A DNA stretch of 64,000 nucleotides, from positions 122,128-186,127 of the forward strand of contig DOZH01000008.1 of NCBI GenBank assembly GCA_003518105.1, in the 5' to 3' direction. Within the stretch, counting starts at the first letter, position 1. Every line of letters begins with the position of its first letter. Shown here one piece after another: positions 55,135-63,767 of this stretch. The notes under the pieces are model-generated. The model had not been told where the DNA came from. It ran no database searches and saw nothing but the letters and a program-made list of their open reading frames with translations. Both the position numbers and the translations under genes were made by a program. The DNA comes from Candidatus Uhrbacteria bacterium. GTDB lineage: Bacteria > Patescibacteriota > Patescibacteriia > UBA9934.

Positions 55135-57402
55135 TTAATTTTCAAACCAGGGCACCCTACTAGTGCCCTTTTTTGTTGTATATAAATAGACTGTCGCTAG
55201 CGACGGGAAGAGTGACTGCTGCTGAGGATCAGCAAAAGCAATATAGATTGAGTCTGCAAATGTGTTTTCAAGATACGGCTTCTCTAACATTCGCATGACA
55301 TAATATTGTTGAGCGCCTCGCACAACATCTTCGTTGACGCATCGTTTAGCTGCTTGTGCCTCCAGTTGTTTGGCGATGTCGACTTCACCCCACCAGTCAC
55401 TTGGTTTTTCATCTAATACTCGCTGCACTAATTCATGATTCATGCCCCATGTTTTCCAGAGTTCACTCAAGCGGATTGTTGCAAAACCATGTGTCGCTAA
55501 TAGTTCTGTAATTTCCTTGATATAGAAATCATAGTCTTGAGAGGCATAACCATTACTCTTAGCATGTTCGTCTGAGAGGACAAAAGTCATTTCAATTCCA
55601 GGTGCGTAAACGCGGCGAATACCTGCAATATAACTCAAGAGATTATTTAACATCTCATGATCTGCCGCATCAACGTGCCTTTTTGAGGAAGCACCCCAAA
55701 AACTAAAGCAGCTTATTGGTTTGCTAAGTTTTTGTGTCTTTTCGATATTATCGCGTAATAAGTCTTCAAGAAACGGCAAATCTCTTCGGTATTTATTTAA
55801 CGTCATTGCCGCTATTATCAGATCAACTTCAATTAAGATTATTTTTTTCGGCTGAGTAAGCTCATCTATATTATCTTTAACGATAAGACGATCTGTGGCA
55901 TTAGCTAGTTTGTTATAACCATATTCAATAAATTTCTCTAGACAGTATTCTCCCTCACGAGTTTTTATTTGATACTGTCGAAGCAATGATTTATCAAGCT
56001 GGCCAGTCGCACGAGCAGCAGCCACTTCCGCAACATCCCCTTCCTCCACTCTAAAATCAGTACCGACATTCATGCCAGCCCCGTTAGCGAAGGGTGCTTT
56101 ATCACGCCAGGCAATATAGTCTGGTAGAAAATTATCCGCTACTTTCCGCAATATATATTTAGTGATTAAATGAGAGTTGTCGTATTTAATTTTCAATCCA
56201 CCATCAATCTGCAGAGCCAAGTCGACAACCTCACGATCAAAAAATGGACTGCGAACTTCTACCGTGTGTTTCATGCTCATTCTGTCTAATCGTTGCAAGT
56301 GACCAGCATGAAGTGATTTTAACAGCATTAGGCAGCCTTCGTTAACTAAATACTGTGGCAGTTTGGCAAATTCATTATAGCCAGCGAACAGCTCGTCTGA
56401 TCCATCACCTACCAAAACAACTTTTAACCCAAGTTGATGCGCAGCCTGGGCACATAGGTCCAAGGCAAAAGACTGCCTAATAATTTGCGGTTCGTAAGTT
56501 TCTAGATGATAAATTACGCTATCCAGTTCAGCGGCGTAGTCGACGTCAGGATTAACGAGGTGATATTTATAACCACGTTCTTGGCAGAGACGTAACGCGA
56601 ATTGGTAATCCAGTGAGTCGGGGTAACCTAAAATTATCGCCGTAATATTAGAATGATACTTCGTAGCAATAGCCATCACTAAACTGCTATCAACTCCGCC
56701 TGATAATAAGACGCCAAGTGGCAGGTCTGTCTGTACACGTTTCTTCACTGCCTGGACTAGTGAATCTTCTAGTCGTCTAATTACAACCTGCTCGTCGCTC
56801 AAGGTATTACTAAATTTTAAAACGAAGTACTCGGTAAGTTTTCCGTTGAGGTAATAATGACCTGGTGGAAATTCGTGAATAGTCTCAATGTCTTCGAAGG
56901 AGGCTAGCTGTTTCATTTCTGAAGCAAAATAAAGCTGTCCCGTCGAATCGGTCGCGTAGTATAGTGGTTTGACGCCTAACGGATCGCGAGCAGCAAAAGT
57001 ATCTCCCGTTTTTGCATTATAAATAACAAAAGCAAACATTTCAGAATCTAGATGTTTGACTATCTCGACTCCATATTCCTCATAAAGGTGGGCTAGTACT
57101 TCAGTATCTGAGCTCGTGCGGAAAATATGCCCTTTGAGCTGCAGCTCGTCTTGAAGTTTTTGATAATTAAAAATTTCTCCATTTTGAACGGCGAAAATAG
57201 TATTATCCTCGTTTGCTTGTGGTTGTTTACCTAGTGCTCGGGCGACAATTGGCAAGCGGTTAGCACCTATCACCGCAGAAGGTAGGTATTTTAACTCATA
57301 CGTACTACTTCCGCGATGAGTAATTTTTTCGAGAGCCTGGTGGGCTCGTTCTTTTGGATTGTTGGTACCGAAGATACCGATAATTCCACACATATATACC
57401 AT
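55135..57402 (-). CDS. asparagine synthetase B-family amidotransferase (class II Ntn GATase plus PP-loop synthetase) with a C-terminal extension of about 290 aa of unknown function; AT-rich
   Basis: MCGIIGIFG N-terminal nucleophile, the SGGVDSS PP-loop, then more than 280 extra residues with no recognised motif. Confidence 0.75.
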   Translation of the reverse strand: MVYMCGIIGIFGTNNPKERAHQALEKITHRGSSTYELKYLPSAVIGANRLPIVARALGKQPQANEDNTIFAVQNGEIFNYQKLQDELQLKGHIFRTSSDTEVLAHLYEEYGVEIVKHLDSEMFAFVIYNAKTGDTFAARDPLGVKPLYYATDSTGQLYFASEMKQLASFEDIETIHEFPPGHYYLNGKLTEYFVLKFSNTLSDEQVVIRRLEDSLVQAVKKRVQTDLPLGVLLSGGVDSSLVMAIATKYHSNITAIILGYPDSLDYQFALRLCQERGYKYHLVNPDVDYAAELDSVIYHLETYEPQIIRQSFALDLCAQAAHQLGLKVVLVGDGSDELFAGYNEFAKLPQYLVNEGCLMLLKSLHAGHLQRLDRMSMKHTVEVRSPFFDREVVDLALQIDGGLKIKYDNSHLITKYILRKVADNFLPDYIAWRDKAPFANGAGMNVGTDFRVEEGDVAEVAAARATGQLDKSLLRQYQIKTREGEYCLEKFIEYGYNKLANATDRLIVKDNIDELTQPKKIILIEVDLIIAAMTLNKYRRDLPFLEDLLRDNIEKTQKLSKPISCFSFWGASSKRHVDAADHEMLNNLLSYIAGIRRVYAPGIEMTFVLSDEHAKSNGYASQDYDFYIKEITELLATHGFATIRLSELWKTWGMNHELVQRVLDEKPSDWWGEVDIAKQLEAQAAKRCVNEDVVRGAQQYYVMRMLEKPYLENTFADSIYIAFADPQQQSLFPSLATVYLYTTKKGTSRVPWFEN
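55150..55174 (+). terminator. rho-independent terminator for the RimK-like gene, lying inside the 3' end of the convergent AsnB-like CDS
   Basis: GGGCAC, a CCTACTA loop, GTGCCC, then T6. Confidence 0.6.
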
Positions 57403-57428
57403 TAATTATAACAGATAATGCAATTTAC

Positions 57429-57917
57429 ATGTATAGCGCCTCCGTCGGCCTCAAACAGGCCAAGCCGCTGCCGAAGCGGAGGATGATGGAGTACTCACAA
57501 TACATAAAAATCAGCCAGGAGGTTGATTCTTTGATAGTATTTGACAGAAATACTTTACTACAGTACAGTACTTGTTGTATGATGACTTTAATAGCTACAC
57601 AACGCGAACAAGAGCTCTGGAATGCAATTTTGAGTTTGCAGACCCCGTTGGAGTGCCAAAAATTTTTTGGTGATTTGCTGACAGCAGATGAGGTTGCTGA
57701 TTTTGCGAAGCGTTGGCAAGTGGCACGTATGCTTTATGCTGGTACCTCGTATGTTGTTATTCAAAAAGAAACCGCGCTGTCGAGCAGAACCATTGCGCGT
57801 ATTTCAAATTGGCTCAAAGAAGGAACCGGCGGCTATCGTTTGCTCTTAAAGCGCACCGATAATGTTAATTACCATCATACCGTTCTTGCGTCTCCTCGAC
57901 GTCGAACGGCTCATTGA
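57429..57917 (+). CDS. TrpR/YerC-YecD-family DNA-binding protein (162 aa in the ORF-track frame; the true start is uncertain)
   Basis: ELWNAILSLQTPLECQKFFGDLLTADEVADFAKRWQVARML..GTSY..I...T..SSRTIARISNWLKEG matches the YerC/TrpR-like signature. Confidence 0.6.
   Translation: MYSASVGLKQAKPLPKRRMMEYSQYIKISQEVDSLIVFDRNTLLQYSTCCMMTLIATQREQELWNAILSLQTPLECQKFFGDLLTADEVADFAKRWQVARMLYAGTSYVVIQKETALSSRTIARISNWLKEGTGGYRLLLKRTDNVNYHHTVLASPRRRTAH
57438..57493 (+). repeat. direct repeat copy 2, paired with copy 1 at 55066-55121
   Basis: It forms the in-frame 5' end of the ORF 57429-57917. Confidence 0.85.
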
Positions 57918-58080
57918 AGTTGCAAGATCTGCTCAATGATTCGCTCCGCATCGATGAGATGCTAGAGCGATTTTTTAATTTAAATATCATCGCCGGCTTC
58001 ATTTGTGCTTGATGAAGTATCGAGCTCAAGCAGGAACCGGAGAGATCATTCTCTGATTCTATTCACCTCAGGAGGTTCTC

Positions 58081-58722
58081 GTGGAAAAGATCATGCCCTA
58101 CCGTTCGCTTGTTCATGTACTTATTCTCGAGTGCGGAGAGCCTCTCGTCGTTTGCAATGAGGCGCGCGAGATTCTCTGGCAGTACGAGAAGGATGACATG
58201 AAGCCGTATCTTGGAGATCTAATGCTACTTCGTAAAGGAGCCCTGCAACGTCTTCGCAAGGCAGCTCGTCTCCTTAAAAAACTGCATCCAGAAGCACGAC
58301 TCTCCGTCGCCTACGCATACCGCCTTCGCCTCATTCAGGAACGATACTTCTGGAATCAGTTCAAGAAGTTTCGTGAGCAGTATTTGAATGAGTCCGAACT
58401 CGAGATTCGTGAACGTGCGCATATGTTCTGTGCGTCACCTGACGTCGCGGGACATCCGACGGGTGGTGCAGTTGACGTCACCATCTCCGGATTCGACATG
58501 GGATCCGCCATTGCAGATTTCAACAGCCCTTTGATTCGAACGTTCCATCCGGATTTGACGGCTGAACAGCGCGCGAATCGAGAACTGCTTCGTTGGATCA
58601 TGATGAAGGTTGGATTTGCTCCGTTCGATGGCGAATGGTGGCACTTCTCGTTCGGTGACCGTGAATGGGCTGCATACTATGGGAAACCGTGCGCGATCTA
58701 CAGTCAGATCGACTATCACTAA
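58081..58722 (+). CDS. VanX/DdpX-type D-Ala-D-Ala dipeptidase (peptidase M15D)
   Basis: SPDVAGHPTGGAVDV and EWWHF zinc-site motifs. Confidence 0.75.
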   Translation: MEKIMPYRSLVHVLILECGEPLVVCNEAREILWQYEKDDMKPYLGDLMLLRKGALQRLRKAARLLKKLHPEARLSVAYAYRLRLIQERYFWNQFKKFREQYLNESELEIRERAHMFCASPDVAGHPTGGAVDVTISGFDMGSAIADFNSPLIRTFHPDLTAEQRANRELLRWIMMKVGFAPFDGEWWHFSFGDREWAAYYGKPCAIYSQIDYH

Positions 58723-58803
58723 ACACGTACGTCCTCACTCTGCCGCATCTCTTCCCTCTTTGGGAATTGAGATGCGGCGCCCCTTATTCATGCTTCAAAC
58801 TTT

Positions 58804-59436
58804 ATGAACTTCTCCATCCCAAAATATCTCGCATTAGACATTGATAACACGCTTATTTTTGGCGCTGAGGCCGATGTATTTTACGGACGATACAAACGTG
58901 CATTAGAGACAGCATTTGCTCAAGAAATGAAGATTTCCATTGAACAAGCGCAAACGTGTCTCAACGCTTATCGAACAGCGTATGACGGACAAGGCGAGTT
59001 GGCGTTCGAAACATTTGGTATCTCTCAAACATGTGTTTACGATGCCTTTTGTACAGTGAATCCTGCTGGTACTTTGCCCATGATGAAGACGACGATTGCA
59101 ACAATAACTCGTCTCCTAAAATACACAAAACTCATAGCGATCACAGATGGACCCGTAGAACAGATTGATCGTATATTTACTGCGACAGGAATTCGACGAG
59201 AATGGTTTACAGAAATTATTGGCTGGGAGCGTGGAAAGGGGAAACCAAAGAACGGGTCATCGCGTATTTATGCAGACGTCATTGCGCGATACGGCATAGC
59301 ACCAGAAGAATTCATGATGGTTGGCGATGTTTATTCCATTGACGTTGAACCAGCGAGACAGATTGGAGCGAGGTCTGTGCATATTGGAAATTCGCCTGAA
59401 TCAATTGCAGACATTTCACTTCTTTCATTCACTTAA
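58804..59436 (+). CDS. HAD-superfamily hydrolase
   Basis: N-terminal LDIDNTL (DxDxT) and a C-terminal VGD Asp motif. Confidence 0.7.
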   Translation: MNFSIPKYLALDIDNTLIFGAEADVFYGRYKRALETAFAQEMKISIEQAQTCLNAYRTAYDGQGELAFETFGISQTCVYDAFCTVNPAGTLPMMKTTIATITRLLKYTKLIAITDGPVEQIDRIFTATGIRREWFTEIIGWERGKGKPKNGSSRIYADVIARYGIAPEEFMMVGDVYSIDVEPARQIGARSVHIGNSPESIADISLLSFT

Positions 59437-59445
59437 AACTTATTT

Positions 59446-60393
59446 ATGATCAACAAACCAACATCAGTGTGGATTGATACAGATCCGGGAAATGACGACA
59501 TGATGGCAATTCTGCTTCTTGCGCAAAATTCTTTAGTGAATATCCTTGGAGTATCGACAGTATTTGGCAATACGTCACTTCCAAAAGTAACAAGAAATGC
59601 TAAGTTTATTTTGGATTTGGCAAAACGAAATGACATTCCTCTTTTTGCAGGAGCAGAACAGCCATTGATTCGCGATCAGATTTGTGCGGACATTCATGGC
59701 GAAAGTGGGCTTGATGGCGTGACGCTAGTTGAAGAAGACTTAATGGTCGCTGATAAAGCGCAAGAGGCAATCATAAAAGCTCTTGAAGACGCGGAAGAAC
59801 CCATCACCATTCTGGCGCTTGGTCCGCTGACGAATATCGCGAAACTCTTTACTACTCGTCCTGATCTCATCAGCCGTGTTCAACGACTCGTCATAATGGG
59901 TGGAGCAATTACAGTTCCTGGAAACAAGAATCGTGTTGCGGAGTTTAATGTATTTTGTGATCCGGAAGCCGCGGAGAGCGTTTTTAATACTATCATTCCG
60001 AAGACGCTCATTCCGCTCGACCCCTGTACTAGCGTCGTCCTCACCGACCGAGACATTGCGTCACTTCCTAACAGAACTGTCGGCACGACGCTCAAACGTA
60101 TACTCAAGCCCTACATTGAAAACATTTGCATCTTTGAAGGCGTTCAGGGCGCCTTAATGTACGACCCCATCGCCGCTTATTACCTTCTCAATCCCGCCGC
60201 CTTCACTACAGTTCCCATGGACGTTCGCGTTGAAACCTCATCCAAAGGACTCACTTACGGTATGACCGTCGCCGAACGCCGTATCATTGCAGAACGTGTT
60301 TTCAATATGGATGTCGTCACAGAAGTGGATGCGAAACAGTTTATTTCAGCATTTCTTGCAGCTATAAAAGAAATGGATAAATGTGACGAGTAA
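59446..60393 (+). CDS. nucleoside hydrolase (IunH family)
   Basis: VWIDTDPGNDDMMAIL (DxDxxxDD) N-terminal calcium-site motif. Confidence 0.85.
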   Translation: MINKPTSVWIDTDPGNDDMMAILLLAQNSLVNILGVSTVFGNTSLPKVTRNAKFILDLAKRNDIPLFAGAEQPLIRDQICADIHGESGLDGVTLVEEDLMVADKAQEAIIKALEDAEEPITILALGPLTNIAKLFTTRPDLISRVQRLVIMGGAITVPGNKNRVAEFNVFCDPEAAESVFNTIIPKTLIPLDPCTSVVLTDRDIASLPNRTVGTTLKRILKPYIENICIFEGVQGALMYDPIAAYYLLNPAAFTTVPMDVRVETSSKGLTYGMTVAERRIIAERVFNMDVVTEVDAKQFISAFLAAIKEMDKCDE

Positions 60394-60593
60394 GCTTTTA
60401 CGAATGATGCGACGTGTATAGCGCCTCGTTCTCGCGAGTGAACTCGCTCCACTTCGACGCGATCCAAACTCTGCTAGATAATTCTTGAATAGTGTATGGC
60501 GGCACGCGTGTGGCGAGCGAGCTCGCCGCGCGAGGCCGCGATCCACGCCCGCAACGTGCTCCGCACGTTGGTCGACTTTGCCGACGAACCAAC

Positions 60594-60620
60594 AAAAAAC
60601 CAGCCAGAGGCTGATTTTTT
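60594..60620. terminator. bidirectional terminator (A6, stem-loop, T6) immediately 3' of tRNA-Gln
   Basis: AAAAAA CCAGCC AGA GGCTGA TTTTTT. On the minus strand the stem is UCAGCC/GGCUGG followed by U6. Confidence 0.55.
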
Positions 60621-60622
60621 GT

Positions 60623-60696
60623 TGGTTCCGGGACGTGGATTCGAACCACGGTACCCTCCTCCAGAGGGAGGTGTCCTGCCGCTAGACGATCCCGGA
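60623..60696 (-). tRNA. tRNA-Gln (anticodon CTG), 74 nt with an encoded CCA
   Basis: Manual cloverleaf: acceptor stem TCCGGGA/TCCCGGA, D arm GTCT-AGCGGCA-GGAC, anticodon stem-loop CCTCC-CTCTGGA-GGAGG, T arm CGTGG-TTCGAAT-CCACG, then A and CCA. Confidence 0.85.
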
Positions 60697-61038
60697 AGAA
60701 TCATTAATAACGCTAGGAAGATACCATTTCAGCAGACTTGCGTCAATTTCCAGCACACATCCCCCCACCTGCCATCTTCTCGCGAAAAACCGACCATGCG
60801 TTAAAACAATTATTTCTACAAAACAAATCAAACCAGTAGCTATTATGAACCATATACTATATCAGCGCCTGTCCTTAGCTCTAATTCGACCTCAACTCCA
60901 TGGGCTTTTTTATTGCTAAAGTTAGCTCTATTTTCTACTTATCAACTTGACAAAAGGCCATTTTTTTGCTATTGTTAACAGCGAGTCGCTGCCTTTCGCA
61001 GCCAAGTCGATACACCACCCACCCTCCGGAGACGCCCC

Positions 61039-61194
61039 ATGTTGCAACAGTTCCTCACCGACAATCTCCACCTCGCCGGCTTTGGCGAGTGCCTCCTCGA
61101 GCTCGCCCTTGGCGTGCCCCTCGTCTACCTCGTCCTGGCCAAGCCCGTGGCGTTTTTCTCCCCCAGGGAGAAAGACTACACCAACCTCGAGTGA
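61039..61194 (+). CDS. candidate small ORF (51 codons, hydrophobic core) preceded by GGAGA; its coding status is uncertain
   Basis: GGAGA lies 6 nt upstream of the ATG. The product is MLQQFLTDNLHLAGFGECLLELALGVPLVYLVLAKPVAFFSPREKDYTNLE. The stretch is GC-rich and all three forward frames are open. Confidence 0.3.
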   Translation: MLQQFLTDNLHLAGFGECLLELALGVPLVYLVLAKPVAFFSPREKDYTNLE

Positions 61195-61273
61195 CCCCCC
61201 TTCCCGCCAGGCTAGCCTGGCCCCTCATCTCGTGCACCCGCACAGTAGCCCACGCGATGCCCCTCTGGCGTCG

Positions 61274-61306
61274 ACAGAAGCTACTCGTGTCGGGTGCTTC
61301 TGTTTT
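61274..61306 (+). terminator. rho-independent terminator-like hairpin 69 nt upstream of ribH
   Basis: CAGAAGC, a 14-nt loop, GCTTCTG, then TTTTT. Confidence 0.45.
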
Positions 61307-61374
61307 TACGGGATTACCGGTGAGGGTCGGCCCAAAACTTGCCTTTTTAATTAGTTCGGGTATTGTAAACAAAT

Positions 61375-61833
61375 ATGGACCATAATACTTTTGCAGTTCA
61401 AGACGGCAGCACGGCCAAGATCGCCATCGTCAAAGCCCGCTTTAACCAGGAAATTACCCAAGGATTATTACGTGGAGCCTTGGAAGTTTTAGAAGCCTCC
61501 GGGGTGCGTGAGGACCGAATTAAAACCGTGGAAGTACCCGGCTCATTCGAAATCATTCACGCCGCCAACATGCTGGCCAAAGAGAATGAATACGACGCCA
61601 TTATTTGCCTGGGCTGCATTGTCCGCGGCTCCACCAAGCATGACGAGTACTTAGCCCAGGCCGTTTACGGTGCCATGAAGGACATCATGTTAAAACACAG
61701 TCTGCCCGTCATTACCGCCGTCCTGACCGTGAACGATCAACAGCAAGCCATTGACCGCTCAGGTGTCGGCCCGATGAACCGCGGTGCCGAGGCTGCCCAC
61801 GTCGCTTTAGAAATGATTAACCTACCACTATGA
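61375..61833 (+). CDS. ribH: 6,7-dimethyl-8-ribityllumazine synthase
   Basis: Flavodoxin-like fold with VPGSFE, CLGCIVRG..T.H and a conserved C-terminal helix. Confidence 0.9.
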   Translation: MDHNTFAVQDGSTAKIAIVKARFNQEITQGLLRGALEVLEASGVREDRIKTVEVPGSFEIIHAANMLAKENEYDAIICLGCIVRGSTKHDEYLAQAVYGAMKDIMLKHSLPVITAVLTVNDQQQAIDRSGVGPMNRGAEAAHVALEMINLPL

Positions 61834-62183
61834 TAGTCCGCGGAACCGTCGTCTCTGGCCTAGGTATTGCTGGCGCGCTCTTTGGCGTCCCAACGGCTAA
61901 TCTAAAACTCGAGGAACCCATGGACTTGCCACCCGGCGTTTACTTAGGACGTACCAGCTTTGGTGGCACAGCTTACCCTAGCGTAATCTGTTACGGTGCT
62001 GACGGCGGCGACAAGTTCGAGGTCCATTTATTAAATGCCAAGCTAGATCTTTTGCACGAGACTTTAAGCGTGGAAGTGGGCGACAAGGTAAACGACTTGG
62101 TGAATGAGCCCAACCAGCGATTGTTATACGCTAAAGTTTTAGCCGACGTGGAGAAGGCTAAGACGATGCTCGGGATTCGCTAG
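61830..62183 (+). CDS. stand-alone riboflavin kinase (flavokinase-domain protein, 117 aa)
   Basis: GRGIG..LGVPTANL...PGVYLG...YPSV..G..........EVHLL resembles the C-terminal domain of RibF. It has a 4-nt overlap with ribH. Confidence 0.6.
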   Translation: MIVRGTVVSGLGIAGALFGVPTANLKLEEPMDLPPGVYLGRTSFGGTAYPSVICYGADGGDKFEVHLLNAKLDLLHETLSVEVGDKVNDLVNEPNQRLLYAKVLADVEKAKTMLGIR

Positions 62184-63740
62184 TTATTCAACAACATTTC
62201 CACCAAAAGCGTCCGTGAACATCGCCACCGTTTCCTCTTCCTTATCTGGCACCGGTACGACTTCCGTTACAATCATCGGGCGTTGCATCATTACGCTAGC
62301 AATCGCGTCCTCGAGCAAACGTAAGTTCTTGCCATCTTTCAAGGCGTCGGCGTGAAAAGCGTAGGGGAAGGTGATTGTCAGCTTGGCGCCGTTGATGGCA
62401 CTTGGTTTGCCGGTGCGGAGGCCCATTGGTAGCGCAATGTTACGATCTGCCACATAGTCGCAGCAACGCTCCCATTTGTCCTGAATCTCGGCGAGGGTAA
62501 AAGTTATTAGTGCGGCGCCGTCGATATTATCGGCGGCGTTTGAAGTTGGTGGTGGGACGTCGGCGATGACGATCTTGGCCACGGCTGCTGGGCGAGGAGT
62601 GACGAGGCTGGCGACGTTGCCAGTGGCGGCTCTTGGCATGATCGGTGGAGCGACTGGCGCCGGCGATGGCGCGGGTGGAACATTCGAGGTGCTAGCAAGG
62701 CCGGAACCGAGCACGAACTCGACAATCGCCAATTCAAGCGGCAACTGTGGTAAAGTCGATAATGAGTGACGACCACGAGCGGTGAGCAGTAAGTCGAGCA
62801 AACACCGAGCTCCAGCCGCTTCGAACACTGCCTTACTACCAGCCATCGAGCTCAGCAGATCCTCGCGGATAGCTTCTATTAGCTCATCGGTTAAGTGTTT
62901 GACCGAGCCGCCGTCGGTGACAAATGAGCTGATTTTGGTGAGCGCCGCCTGCACGTCCTGTTTGGCGATGAAATCGATGAGTTCACTTACGAGAGCGATC
63001 GTCGTAACTGGTAAAATCATGGAGGCAAGAGCGACTGTGATGTGCTTATCGTTGAGGGACAACACCTGCCCGAGCAAACTCTCCGCGTCGCGCAAACAAC
63101 CTTCCGAAATTTTCGCAATCACGCGCAACACTTCTTCGTCCACCTCAATGCCCTCTTTTTTAGTTATCGCTAACAAACGGACAATCATCTCCGGCGCCGC
63201 GATTTTATGAAAGTCAAAGTGCTGACAACGGCTAATAATCGTGGCAGGAATTTTGTGCAGTTCCGTGGTGGCGAGAATGAAAATGACGTGAGCTGGCGGC
63301 TCTTCAAGCGTCTTCAACAGAGCGTTAAAGGCGGACGTGGAAAGCATGTGAACTTCGTCGATAATAAAAACCTTATACTTTCCTTGTTGCGGCACAAAGC
63401 GCACGTTCTCAATGACGTTCTCGCGGACGTTGTCCACGCCGGTGTTGCTGGCCGCGTCGATCTCCACCGTGTCGAGAAAGCGCCCTTCAGCAAAAGCCAA
63501 ACAGTGGTCGCAAGTACCGCAGGGTTCGCTCTCCCCTGCTTGACGTTTTAAGCAGTTAACAGCCTTGGCCAGCAAGCGGGCGATGGTGGTTTTACCAATG
63601 CCACGCGGACCAGAAAACAAGTAGGCGTGAGCCAACGTGCCACTGGCTATTTGGTTTTGGATAGTCTTAACAACGTGTTCCTGCTCAGCAACGTCAGCAA
63701 ACTTGGCCGGACGATATTTGCGGTAAAGTGTCTCGCTCAT
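62184..63740 (-). CDS. dnaX: DNA polymerase III gamma/tau subunit
   Basis: AAA+ clamp-loader motifs (GPRGIGKTT, FIIDEVHML, SRC-like) and the Zn module C..C..C..C (CLKRQAGESEPCGTCDHC). Confidence 0.9.
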   Translation of the reverse strand: MSETLYRKYRPAKFADVAEQEHVVKTIQNQIASGTLAHAYLFSGPRGIGKTTIARLLAKAVNCLKRQAGESEPCGTCDHCLAFAEGRFLDTVEIDAASNTGVDNVRENVIENVRFVPQQGKYKVFIIDEVHMLSTSAFNALLKTLEEPPAHVIFILATTELHKIPATIISRCQHFDFHKIAAPEMIVRLLAITKKEGIEVDEEVLRVIAKISEGCLRDAESLLGQVLSLNDKHITVALASMILPVTTIALVSELIDFIAKQDVQAALTKISSFVTDGGSVKHLTDELIEAIREDLLSSMAGSKAVFEAAGARCLLDLLLTARGRHSLSTLPQLPLELAIVEFVLGSGLASTSNVPPAPSPAPVAPPIMPRAATGNVASLVTPRPAAVAKIVIADVPPPTSNAADNIDGAALITFTLAEIQDKWERCCDYVADRNIALPMGLRTGKPSAINGAKLTITFPYAFHADALKDGKNLRLLEDAIASVMMQRPMIVTEVVPVPDKEEETVAMFTDAFGGNVVE

Positions 63741-63767
63741 AGACCCCTATCCTACTGCAAAAGGGGG

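Noticed and set aside
57429-57500. Possibility that the YerC-like gene truly begins at the repeat (MYSASVGLKQ...)
   Set aside because: It is neither rejected nor accepted. An internal Met-Met (MME) just before YSQYIK is an equally plausible start. The feature coordinates follow the ORF track, and the start is flagged as uncertain.
60810-61375. FMN riboswitch (RFN element) expected upstream of ribH
   Set aside because: I looked for the conserved GGUGAAAUUCC and AGUCUGGAUGGGAGA boxes on both strands and did not find them. An Infernal scan would be needed to exclude a divergent element.
60947-61385. 135-aa and 139-aa plus-strand ORFs and a 105-aa minus-strand ORF upstream of ribH
   Set aside because: They are mutually overlapping, Arg/Pro/Ser-rich, and lack RBS or ATG support. 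They are interpreted as open frames arising from GC-rich non-coding or small-gene DNA. The 51-codon ORF with an SD is reported separately.
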